From the NCBI GenBank assembly GCA_951406725.2, contig OX597838.1, positions 23,064,001 to 23,128,000 on the forward strand: DNA of 64,000 nt. Reading direction: 5' to 3'. The notes under the pieces were generated by a model. The model saw only the letters and a list, made by a program, of their open reading frames with translations, was not told the DNA's origin and made no database searches. Numbering within the stretch: position 1 is the first letter of the stretch; each line of letters begins with the position of its first letter. This DNA comes from Octopus vulgaris (taxonomy: Eukaryota). The position numbers were made by a program, and so were the translations under genes. This document shows, piece after piece, positions 25,174 to 36,905 of this stretch.

Positions 25174-25258
25174 GAGAACATAAATATACGTTGAGAAATA
25201 AAGGATTTCCCCTGACCTCATCATTGCAAATGGAATTTCTCAGCCATCCATGTTTACC

Positions 25259-25289
<31 letters not shown>

Positions 25290-25296
25290 ATGCATA

Positions 25297-25423
25297 CAGG
25301 ATGATTCAAAAGTCACCATACATAGGAAAAATTTATTTTTCTATAAGAAATAGTTAAATAAAAAACTGTTTCTTATAAAAAAAATAAATTGTTCTTATGT
25401 GTGGTGACTTTTGAATCACCCTG
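25297..25423. mobile_element. Tc1/mariner-type MITE, almost fully palindromic
   Basis: TA-CAGGATGATTCAAAAGTCACCA...TGGTGACTTTTGAATCACCCTG-TA. Confidence 0.85.
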
Positions 25424-26294
25424 TATATATTAAAGTGGAGGTGGTGGTGGTGGGGACAAACACATATACGACGGGCTTCTTTCAGTTTCCATTTACCAAA
25501 ATCCACTCACAAGACTTTGGTTGGCCTGAGGCTATAGTAGAAGACACTTGCTCAGGATGCCACGCAGTGGGACTGAACTCAGAACCATGTAGTTGGTAAG
25601 CAAGTTACTTACCACACAGCCACTCCTGCACCCATACTTTTTTAATTAAAGTATATATTAAAGTACAAGTGAGGATATATTAACCTCAGAGGGATAGAAA
25701 TATCCAAGATTAAACTGGTTGAATACCTAATAATGTAGGCTCACACACACACATATATATATTATTCAGCGCCGCCCTGACTGGCTTCCGTGCCGGTGGC
25801 ACGTAAAAAGCACCATCCGATCGTGGCCGTTTGCCAGCCTCGTCTGGCACCTGTGCCGGTGGCATGTAAAAAGCACCCACTACACTCATGGAGTGGTTGG
25901 CGTTAGGAAGGGCATCCAGCCGTAGAAACATTGCCAGATCAGACTGGGCCTGGTGCAGCCTTCTGGCTTCCCAGACCCCAGTTGCACCGTCCAACCCATG
26001 CCAGCATGGAAAGCGGACGCTAAACGATGATGATGATGATGATGATATTATAAAAACCAAGAGAGAAGATTGAGATGAGATTAATAAAAATTTATTAATA
26101 CACTGACAAGACCTACAATTGTTTCAATTCCTCACTTATAGCATAAAATCATAGAAATTTAATTTAATTAAATCAATTTGGTTAATTATTATAAGCCACA
26201 ATTTGGTTGATTTTACGCTAAAAGCGAGAAAGTGAAACAATAGTAGGTTTTGACAATGTATTAATAAAATATGTAGTCGTATCGGGGTACTTGC

Positions 26295-26425
26295 CTAGCG
26301 TAATCAATAGGGGTTTTCCGGTTAGCATCGAGACATCCAGGGTCTGCGCCGTAAACAACAAGCAACTCCACCTGTGACGTCTGACCAGCAGCAGCAGCCA
26401 CATGGAGGGGACAGTTGTTCTTTTC
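26295..26425 (-). CDS. GIT: GIT exon, ankyrin repeats: EKNNCPLHVAAAAGQTSQVELLVVYGADPGCLDANRKTPIDYA(R)
   Basis: tttcag|GAA, 131 nt, PLHVAA and YGADP ankyrin motifs; donor AG|gcaagt (GC type). Confidence 0.95.
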
Positions 26426-27709
26426 CTGAAACAAACAAAAAACACAAAGAAATGAGATAAAAACAAAAAAAAAAAAGAAATAAACTGAGAGTGGAAACAG
26501 AATAACTGCAGTGGTGGTGGAGTGTAGTGGAGGTGGTGTGTAGTGGTGGTGGTGGTGGTGGTAGTGGTGTTGTGTAGTGGTGGTGGTGTGTAGTGGTGGT
26601 GGTGGTGTGTAGTGGTGGTGGTGTGTAGTGGTGGTGGTGTGTAGTGGTGGTGGTGTGTAGTGGTGGTGGTGTGTAGTGGAGGTGGTGGTGGTAGTGTGTG
26701 GTGGTGGTGTGTAGTGCCACTGTGCATTTTGCCCTGTGTGTTAATGATTCTGCCAGCTCACCACCTTAAATATAATAACAATAATAATCCTTTCTACTAT
26801 AGGCACAAGGCCTGAAATTTTGAGGAAGGGGATCAGTCGATTACATCGACGCCCAGTACTCCACTGGTACTCATTTCATTGATCTCAAAAGGACAAAAGG
26901 CAAAAGTCAACCTCAACAGAATTTGAACTCAGAACATAAGGACAGATTAAATGCTGCTAAGCATTTTGCCCAGCATGCTAACTATTCATCCAGCTCACCA
27001 TAATAATAATAACAACAAGTGCACTCAGAGAGAATAAACCTCTGCCAAGGCAACACCAACGTCCTCTATTTGATGAGTCGGAGATGATTTTGTAAAATGA
27101 GAATATCTGAAATAAACTCAACTGCTCTCACGAACGAGAATATTAAAAATGAACCTGACCACTCTCAAAATTTAAGTGAAAAAAAAAAAGAAAAATAATC
27201 CAGAATCCTTGTCCAGTAGTGGATGGAGCACAAAATCTAATCAGTGTGTGCTAGTCACGGGGCCAAACATCCCTGAAAGTTTCATCTGCATCCATCCAGC
27301 AGTTCTTGAGATATCTTGTCCACAGACAAACAAACATTGAATGAAAACAATACTTCTGCTAAGGCAGAGATAATAATAATAATCCTTTTTACTCAAGGCA
27401 CTGAAATGTCTCTTGTAGTGGGGGAGCAGTCGATTACATTGAACCCAGTGTTTCACAGGTACTTTTCTTTTTTAATACTTGAATTCAGAATGCAAGATAC
27501 TGGAATGCATATTGCAACGCATTGCATCCAATGCTCTAATGACTTTGCTAATTCCTCACATGACAAAGATGGTGGTTGTTGCTGGTGGTAGTGGTGGTGA
27601 TGAACATGATGGTGGTGGTGATGATGGCGATGGTAGTGTTTGTGTGTTTTTTTAAGAATACAGAGGAGTTGAAGACAACACGAAGAATAGTAGTAAGCAA
27701 AATACTCAC

Positions 27710-27796
27710 TGGATTGAAGTAATTAGGGTCAGCCCCTTTGGACAGTAACCTAAGACATGTTTCCAGATTGCTTGTTCTGACGCTAGAATGTAATTG
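27710..27796 (-). CDS. GIT: GIT exon, ankyrin repeat: QLHSSVRTSNLETCLRLLSKGADPNYFNP
   Basis: ttgcag|CAA ... CCA|gtgagt, 87 nt; QLHSSVRTxNLETCLRLLSxGA is a GIT signature. Confidence 0.97.
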
Positions 27797-28362
27797 CTGC
27801 AAATAAAAGGCAGAAACATGACATGCTGAAAGAACTGTCATAACAATTCTATACAGAGATACACGCACGCACACGCACACACGTCGTTATCATCATTTAA
27901 CATCCGCTTTCCATGCCAGTTTGGTTTGATCATCCTGATAGGAAGTGGTGAGGCAGGGGCTACATCTGGTCCTATGGTCTTCTTTTGGTTTGGTTTCTAT
28001 GGCTGGATACCCTTCCTAATGCCAAACTTGTAAAGTGGTTGGCATTAGGAAGGGCATCCAGCTGTAGAAACCAAAGCAAAACAAGACCATGGAACCAGAT
28101 GCAGCCCCTGCCTTACCACTCACTATCAAGCCGTCCAGCATGAGAAACAGATGTTAAATTACTATTTTTATTTATATATATATATATATCATCATCATTT
28201 AACACCTGCCCAGCATGCTAACGTTTCTGCCAGTTTACCGCCTAGTTCAAAATACATATTAAAATTAAGAATCATGGGCATGTTTATTTGCAAAGTTATT
28301 GTATAACAAAGCGAAATTGGAAATTTTTTGGGTATTATCTATTCACCATTACACACATTTCA

Positions 28363-28429
<67 letters not shown>

Positions 28430-28447
28430 GAAGACAGACAGACTTAC

Positions 28448-28547
28448 TTTACTAAGGTCCTCCACTGTTGAAACATCTCCATCTTTGCCTTGGTTTACAA
28501 ATGACAAAAACTGATATTTGGTCCTGATGTAGTGGTCTTTATTTGGA
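28448..28547 (-). CDS. GIT: GIT exon, end of ArfGAP: PNKDHYIRTKYQFLSFVNQGKDGDVSTVEDLSK
   Basis: gccag|T ... AAA|gtaagt, 100 nt, IRxKYQ motif, phase fits both neighbours. Confidence 0.95.
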
Positions 28548-28982
28548 CTGGCAGCAGCAACAGCAGCAGTAAGAGAATAAAACAAACAAACAAACAAGCA
28601 ATTAAAATAGCAAACCTTGTTTAATTCATTATTACTCATTATTGTTAATAAAATCTAGACAGTGGATTGTGACACAACATAACCCTTTCTACTAAAGGCC
28701 TGAAATTTTGGGAGAAGGGGACTAGTTGATTACATTGACCCCCAGTGTTTCACTGGTACTTAAGTTACTGACCCTGAAAGGATGAAAGACAAAGTCAACC
28801 TCAGCGTAATTTGAACTCAGAATGTAGTCATGAATGAAATACTGCTAAACCTTTCGCCCGGCGTGCTTAGGATTCTGTCAACTTACCACTTTATTCTGAC
28901 ATAGCTTAATAAAAGTACATAGTTGCAGGAGTGGCCGCATAATTTTCCTGCATAAGGATCTGATTAATTAGACTTTTATCTA

Positions 28983-29112
28983 TCCACTCTGATGAAGGAG
29001 GCTCTGGATTTTACCATTGTTTATTTGCTTCCATTATTGGCTGCAAATTTTTTATCGTCTACATCAGCCAACATTATAAAATAATTCTGAGCTTTCAGAA
29101 ACAACTGTCGGA
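28983..29112 (+). ncRNA. Hammerhead-like motif with ~100-nt stem II insertion
   Basis: CUGAUGA (28989-28995), GGAGGCUC/GAGCUUUC pairing, inner UUGGCUG/CAGCCAA stem, GAAAC-AACU-GUC (29098-29109). Confidence 0.55.
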
Positions 29113-29335
29113 CTTGTATTGCCTTCTCCCTTCTAATTCTTTGAGTTTATGTAATCTAAGGTTGCTCTATAAAAAATATATTTACACTTGATTGTTTATC
29201 ATCTGAAAATTTTAAGTCTACCCTCTCATTTTATATACATATATATTTTGCACATTAAAACCCGATTTTATCTGTTTATTTGGAATGTATTTATTTATGT
29301 TCTCTCCCTGTCATATATATATATATATATCTTCT

Positions 29336-29660
29336 TCATCGTTTAACGTCCGTTTTCCGCGCTAGCACGGGTTGGACGGTTCGACCGGGGTCTGGGAAGC
29401 CGGGGCTGCACCAGGCTCCAGTCTGATCTGGCAGAGTTTCTACAGCTGTATGCCCTTCCTAACGCCAACCACTCCGCGAGTGTAGTGGGTGCTTTTTACG
29501 TGCCACCTGCACAGGTGCCAGGGGGTCCGGCATTGGCCACGACCGGTTGGTGCTTTTAACGTGCCACCGGCACGGAAGCCAGCCAAGGCGGCGCTGGTAT
29601 CGGCCACGTTCAGATGGTGCTTTTTATGTGCCACCGGCACTGGAGCCAGTGGCACATGTA
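29336..29660 (-). mobile_element. SINE family C representative, (ATG)n-tailed (copies at ~25768-26045, 30932-31205, 47832-48280, 48837-48990, 53000-53293, 58450-58765)
   Basis: Recurring GCCGGTGGCACGTAAAAAGCACC subrepeats, TTAGGAAGGGCATCCAGC core and GACGTTAAACGATGATG tail. Confidence 0.85.
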
Positions 29661-29951
29661 CACATATATATATCATCATTTAACATACGTTTTCCATGTT
29701 GGCGTGGGTTCCACACACATACACACATGTAAAAAAAATGTGGAGGGGGACAGGTGGAGGAAGAAATTGAAAGGGTTGACTTGAGGAGGGAGGACTCCCA
29801 AAACTTGGCAAGATGGTGTGAGAGCGGTTGCTGTAAAAGTGAAATAGATCCGGCCACCCTTGTTAACGGGGACAGACGCAGATTTAAAATATTGGAATTC
29901 ATCATCATCATACGCTTGTGCCAAAGTGTGTGTGTATTATACGCTACTCAC

Positions 29952-30064
29952 TGAACTGGATCGTTAGGATGCGGTTTCTTCTTGCAATGTTTGTTCTGAG
30001 ATGGATCTAATAGTGAGTGCTCCCAGATGTTGTTGGCTCCACTGCTGAACAGATGTCGTACCAT
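29952..30064 (-). CDS. GIT: GIT exon, ArfGAP: MVRHLFSSGANNIWEHSLLDPSQNKHCKKKPHPNDPV(H)
   Basis: ttgcag|ATG ... CA|gtgagt, 113 nt; GANxIWEHSLLDP is typical of GIT. Confidence 0.96.
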
Positions 30065-31276
30065 CTGCAAGAAAAGGGGAGATAATTTGATTAAAATGCC
30101 AGTGCAAAACATAAATTTATGTTGTTACAAGATAGATAGATTCCTCTATTTACATAATATCGAAGTCTCATTCATTCTTTTGTTGTCTTCTTTTTCTTCT
30201 TCTTCTTATTATTATTATTAGATATATATATCTTGAAAAATGTTAAGAATATTTTGGAAGAAACAGAAAATTTAATAAAGAAGTGCTACAACTAGCAAAT
30301 ACAAAAAAATTCGTTACTCGCAACTAATTAAAAAGGAAAGAAGATGAAGTACTTTGGCCATGTAGTAAGAGCACAAGGTGGACAAAAAAACTATTACTAG
30401 AAGAAAAGATAAATGGCAAATGCTCAAGAGGAAAATTCTAGAACAAACAGGTTTAATAACATCAAGGACTAGGCTATAAAAAGCATCGTAGGGTGACTGT
30501 AAGAATGGCTAAGAAAAGATTTGAATGAAGATCCTTGATATTGAACCAGCTTGGTATCGAACAAGTGATGATGGAGACTACTGTTAATCTATGATAATTC
30601 CATTCAGGTCCAGGAAGGAATGGTAAACTGAGCCTAGTACATGACTGGTACTTTATTTCATCAAACCTTGAAATCATAAAGGGCAAAGTTGAGCCTTAAT
30701 CTTGTCAGAATCTGAACTCAAAGAAGCTAAAAAGTCATAACTAAATGCTACATGGAATTTTTTATGTTTTATTACTTCTGCCAGTCCTGGCCCCTGGTGG
30801 TCCCTAACAACTGGCAGAATTTGAACTCACATGCTAAAGGGTCATAACTAAATGCTACATTGGAATTTTGTTTGTTTGATGTTTTATTACTTCTACCAGT
30901 CAAAGCACCCCTGGAGATCCCTCCTCCTCCTCATCATCATCATTTAACGTCCGCTTTCCATGCTGGCATGGCTCGGACAGTTCGAGTGAAAACTGGCAAG
31001 CCTGGAGGCTGCACCAAGCTCCAATCTGATCTGGCAGGGTTTCTACAGCTGGATGCCCTTCCTAACGCCAACCGCTTCGAGTGTGTAGTGGGTGCTTTTT
31101 ATGTGCCACTAGCACAGGCGCCAGTTAGGTAGCACTGACATCGACTACGCTCGAATGGTGCTTTTTACGCGCCGGCGGCACAGGTGCCAGTCAGGCAGCA
31201 CTGGCATCAGTAATAGCTGAATATAAATAATATATCAAAATAAATAAATAAAAAAGGAGAGAGTGAGAATACTTGC

Positions 31277-31410
31277 CGCTAAACGTGATGGATTCCATTG
31301 TGCTTTTTTCAAGTGCTTCACCTGTGAGATATGTCTTCCAAGGCTGCGATGAACACTGCAACACTCTTGACATATTAGCACACCTCGGTTCACTGAAGCC
31401 CAAGTGGGAT
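31277..31410 (-). CDS. GIT: GIT exon, ArfGAP zinc-finger second half with catalytic Arg: (D)PTWASVNRGVLICQECCSVHRSLGRHISQVKHLKKAQWNPSRLA
   Basis: Acceptor cattag, 134 nt, phase 1 to 0; CxxC-x4-R ArfGAP motif; donor GCG|gcaagt (GC type). Confidence 0.95.
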
Positions 31411-32802
31411 CTAATGAGGAAGCAAAAAACAACAATAGTGAACGGGTTAGTTATCATATAGCATATACATATATGGAAATATCAGCATGGTATGCGCCAC
31501 ACTGGTCAATAACACATATTCAGCATTGGTAAGACACAGACATGCAATTCTTGCCAGTAGCGTACAAATACAGACACACACATACTCTTTTACTCGTCTC
31601 AGTCATCTGACTGCGGCCATGCTGGAGCACCGCCTTTAGTCGAGCAAATCGACCCCGGGACTTATTCTTTGTAAGCCCAGTACTTATTCTATCGGTCTCT
31701 TTTGCCGAACCGCTATGTGACGGGGACGTAAACACACCAGCATCGGTTGTCAAGCAATGCTAGGGGGACAAACATATACACACACACACTTATATATATA
31801 TATATATACATATATACGACAGGCTCCTTTCAGTTTCCGTCTACCAAAACCACTCACAAGGCATTGGTCGGCCCGGGGCTATAGCAGAAGACACTTGCCC
31901 AAGATGCCACGCAGTGGGACTGAACCCGGAACCATGTTCACAGAGTTACAGAAATATTTACAGCTATAACAGGAAAATATATATACACAGTACAGAAATT
32001 GGCCATGAGGTAAATCAGTTATTCACGCATACAACATAACACAGAAACTGATCACTTACACACACACACACAAGGAGAAATTGATTAGGCAATTACACAC
32101 GCACCAACTGAAACTGGTTATACATAACAAAATAGTAATAATTACAGAAATGATAGTAAAATAAATGCATACGTCAGATGATCACTTATTAAATAACAAT
32201 AATGATTTCCAATTTTGGCACAAGGCCGGCAATTTCAAAGGAGAATATAAGTCGATCACATTGACCAAAAGTGATCGGTGCTGCCTTAATGATAATAATA
32301 ATAATAATGATGATGATGATGATGATTTCTTTATTCTTTGGTATGTCACACATATTAAGAGCATTGTCGCTATGAATTTTCTTTCCTTTTCCCCCACCTT
32401 TATTTTATTTACTTTTTTCTTTTCTTTATTTTTTTTTTGCAGTCATTTGACTGTGGCTATGCTGGAGCACTGCCTTTAGTCAAGCAAATCAGTCCCGGGA
32501 CTTATTCCTTGTAAACCTAATACTCGTTCTATCAGTCTTTTTTGCTGAACCGCTAAGTTACAGGGAAGTAAACACACCAGCATCGGTTGTCAAGCGACGG
32601 TAAAGGGACAAACACAGACACACAAACACACACACACACGACGGGCTTCTTTCAGTTTCCATTTACCAAATCCACTCACAAGACTTTGGTCAGCCTGAAA
32701 CTATAGAAGAAGACACGTGCCCAAAGTGCCACGCAGTGGGACTGAACCCAGAACCATGTGGTTGGTAAGCAAACTACTTACCACACAGCCACTCCTGCCT
32801 AT

Positions 32803-33200
32803 TTACTCTTTTACTCTTTTACTTGTTTCAGTCATTTGACTGCGGCCATGCTGGAGCACCGCCTTTAATCGAGCAAATCGACCCCGAGACTTATTCTTTG
32901 TAAGCCCAGTACTTATTCTATCGGTCTCTTTTGCCGAACCGCTAAGTAACGGGGACGTAAACACACCAGCATCGGTTGTCAAGCAATGCTAGGGGGACAA
33001 ACATATACACACACACTTATATATATATACATATATACGACAGGCTTCTTTCAGTTTCCGTCTACCAAATCTACTCACAAGGCATTGGTCGGCCCGGGGC
33101 TATAGCAGAAGACACTTGCCCAAGATGCCACGCAGTGGGACTGAACCCGGAACCATGTGGTTGGTAAGCAAACTACTTACCACACAGCCACTCCTGCCTA
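32803..33200 (-). mobile_element. SINE family A, full-length representative (other copies at ~4905-5312, 6967-7303, 12998-13372, 31585-31935, 32438-32800, 40272-40712, 41222-41660, 56272-56677, 56742-57128, 61217-61664, 63805-64000)
   Basis: tRNA-like head GCAGGAGTGGCTGTGTGGTAAG...GGTTCAGTCCC, central (TA/TG)n, tail AAGTAAAAGAGTAAAAGAGT; many similar copies in both orientations. Confidence 0.9.
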
Positions 33201-33659
33201 TTTGTATTAATTTTTAAAAATTTTTTCTCTCTCACATGACTCTGTAAATGAACAATTTGTTATATTTGTTCTAATACCAGTACCACTCAAGAAAGCACCC
33301 AGCACACTCTTAAGTGGTTGGCATTAGAGAGAGCATCTGGTCATAGAAACCATGCCTCAACAGAGTCTGGACAGCTCCCTGCTAGCCAGGTCCAGATTAA
33401 ACTATCCAACCCATGCCAGCATGGAAACTGGCCGTTAAAAGATGATGATGAAATATCTAAGAGGGTCCACGTGAGCAAAATAGTCTGTGAACATGTGTGT
33501 GTCTGTATTTGTACGCTACTGGCAAGAATTGCATGTCTGTGTCTTACCAATGCTGAATATGTGTTATTGGTAATAAAATGGATGAGAAATACTGCAATAG
33601 AGGAATCCAGCCTTCATGTGGCAGCAGCTGTTTGACATAACTCCACATGTCAGCAATGC

Positions 33660-34061
33660 TCAAGCACTGTATTGGATTGGAAGCACTCCGTCGGTTACGA
33701 CGACGAGGGTTCCGGTTGATCCGAATCAACAGAACAGCCTGCTCGTGAAATTAACGTGTAAGTGGCTGAGCACTCCACAGACACGTGTATCCTTAACATA
33801 GTTCTCGGGGATATTCAGCGTGACACAGAGAGTGACAAGGCCGGCCCTTTGAAGTACATGTACAACAGAAACAGGAAGTAAGAGTGAGAGAAAGTTGTGG
33901 TGAAAGAGTACAGCAGGGATCACAACCATCCCCTGCCGGAGCCTCGTGGAGCTTTGGGTGTTTTCGCTCAATAAACACTCACAATGCCCGGTCTGGGAAT
34001 CGAAACCGCGATCCTATGACCGCGAGTCCGCTGCCCTAACCACCGGGCCATTGCGCCTCCC
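33660..34061 (-). mobile_element. tRNA-derived SINE family D (related copy 34999-35300 +; older relatives at ~11340-11675, 20335-20730, 37980-38290, 57685-58020)
   Basis: Head GGAGGCGCAATGGCCCGGTGGTTAGGGC...GGTTTCGATTCCC with A/B boxes followed by a shared body. Confidence 0.85.
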
Positions 34062-34966
34062 CGAGCACTGTATAAGCACATGCAGGAGAGTCGCATCACT
34101 GTATGCACATTGGGCTGGCGCAGTTGATTATTGCGAACCAGCAAACCCCACGAACCAGGACCGGTAGTAGTGTCAGGTTTGGGATTTCTGGAAATTATCC
34201 ACAGGCCCTGGTGCAAAAGTTCTCTGGAAAGACCAACCAGCTGATGTTCATCAACACCCAGAGTTTCCCTCCCAAGGATGCTGACAACTCTTGCGCACAA
34301 CTAAACCCCAGTAGAACACCATGGAAGAACATCCATCAACTGCACAGTAAGCACCTGATAGAACTAAGTGTGCCAGATACCCTGCCTTGGTTTATGCTTC
34401 ACCCTGAACTGCAGCTCAATAAGACAAGCCTTGGAAAAGTATGCCAAACAAATGGCAACTGTATTTGCTCACTGTTAAGGAAATGCTGAAGATGTCATAG
34501 CCCCCAACACATGACTATGCATCACTGGCCATCACAGGCTCAGGCCTCCACGTGGCAGAAACTGACCAGCAAATGGACTGTCTGACCAGCAGGACACATC
34601 CCTCCACAAAAATAGGAAGAGCAATTGCTCCATTCTGGTTAGCCATGAAATGGGACAAGGCAGGACAGCCAGGCAGTATTAGATGACAGTGCAATGCAAG
34701 CATATGCCAACTTGACCCTGGTCTTCAGGGCTAGTTTCCTCTCAGCCCATTTCTGATGAGACACACACATACAGTGAAAAGGTAAGATAAAAAGAATTTT
34801 TTCATATGGTAAATTGTACTAAAAAAATATAAAAAGAAGGAAAATGCACAGAAATTCTGTTGTACAAAATATATTTTTATGAAATAAAATTGTATAGTCG
34901 ACCAGTTTTACTTGTGCTAACCATGACTAAGTTTTCATTTCATCTCTGTAGGAGGAAGTAAGTAAG

Positions 34967-35000
<34 letters not shown>

Positions 35001-35296
35001 GAGACGCAATGGCCCAGTGGTTAGGGCAGCAGACTCGCAGTCATAGGATCGCGCTTTCAATTCACAGACCGGGCATTGTGAGTGTTTATTGAGCGAAAAC
35101 ACCTAAAGCTCCATGAGGCTCCGGCAGTAGGTGGTAGCGATCCCTGCTGTACTCTTTCACCACAACTTTCTCTCACTCTTTCTTCTGTTGGCCTGCTCGC
35201 TTAGCCAGCGGGGTGGCGTCATTTGAAGGCTAAAACAATGCAAAGCGCATTGTGACCAGTGATGTGTAGCAACATCTGATAGCCTGGTCAGTCACG

Positions 35297-35348
<52 letters not shown>

Positions 35349-36210
35349 CTATTATGCAAAAGTGCTGTAAGTCCAAAATGTTACTTTTCAGAAAACGAAA
35401 AAAATAGTTTCACCATTCCATAGCAAAACTGTTGTGCTACACATTAACAATTTTTTATATCTTGGTATCTGAAGCAGCTGGAGATATGACAGTTTCACCA
35501 AAAGAACTGGCTATTGCAAGCAAAAATAAATATTGAAAAACAAAAAAAAAGACCACATTTGGCTAAAATTGGACATATGACAATTTAACACAATAACAAC
35601 GATATATATGTGAGTGTGTGTGTCTGTGTGTGTCTTATATACAATAAATGAGCTTCTTTTCAGTTTCCATCTACCAAATTCGTTCACAAAACTTTGGTTG
35701 GCCCAGTACTATAGAAGACAAAAGAAACCCCTCAACCACTGCTAACAATTGGTGTGAAACACAAGGCTTACACGAAAACTAGTGGAGCAGAGATGTGGCA
35801 ATTTTCTCAGCACTTCAAAAATGGGGAAACATGTATTTAATAATTCCCTCGACCAGAATCCAACCATCTCAGAACAATTGTTGTAAAGACCCAAGTGGCT
35901 CACTATTCAATAGGAATCACATTACATAACCCGGCAGAGTGGAAAACATGGAAAATTCAACACAGGAAATGGAAGGTTCAATGGAAACCGAAGGTCTATT
36001 GATGTTTTGAAAAGCATAACGAGTGTGTGTGTGTGGGCATATGTGTGTACACCTCTGTATATGTCAGTGTGTATGCGTGTACCTTTGCCTGTGCCAGCAT
36101 ATGTGTGTGCCCCTCTGTGTGTGCCTGTGTGCAAGTGTGTTACATATGCATGTCTGTGCATATGTCTGTTTGTATCAAGATACACATGGATGTAACTGTG
36201 TACATGCATC

Positions 36211-36246
<36 letters not shown>

Positions 36247-36359
36247 TGAGTATATAATAACCTCTGGCTTCCCTAATCAATGGCACACAAGAGAAGCTGG
36301 TCCGGCTAACTTATGTCTGTCGGTTAATCAGTAACAAACAGTGTGTATAGAATAAACAT

Positions 36360-36905
36360 ACTAGAAAGAGAGAGGAAGGGGTGAAGAGAGAGAGAGAGAG
36401 AGAAGGAAAGAGGAGAGAGAAGAGATGAGAGAAGAGATGGGAGGGGGAGGATGGAGGGAGATAGTGGGGAGGGTGGAGAGACGGAATGATGGAAAGAGAA
36501 GGGGAGGATGGACAGAGGAAGAGGATGGAAGGAGGGAGAGAGGATGGTGAGAGGAGAGGGGGAAGAGAGAATGGAGAGACGGGGAAGAGGGGGAAGAGAG
36601 AATGGAGAGACGGGGAAGAGGGGGAGAGAGAAAGGGATGGAGAGAGGAGAAAGAGGCGGGGATGGAGAGGGGGAAGAGGGAATGGAGAGACGGGGGGGGG
36701 TCGAGGAGGGTGGAGAGGGGAGAAGAGAGAGGACATGGAGAAAGGGGGAAGAGGGGATGGAAAGAAAGGGGGCACTGGATAGAGAGGGGAGGATGGATGG
36801 AGAGGGTAGAGAAGGGAACAGATAGAGAGGGGAGGAGAGTAGAAAGGATGGATAGAGAGGAAGAGAGAAGGGATGAGAGAGGGAGAGAGAGAGAGAGAGA
36901 GAGAG
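36360..36905. repeat. Polypurine (GA-rich) low-complexity tract
   Basis: ~540 nt almost devoid of pyrimidines. Confidence 0.9.
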
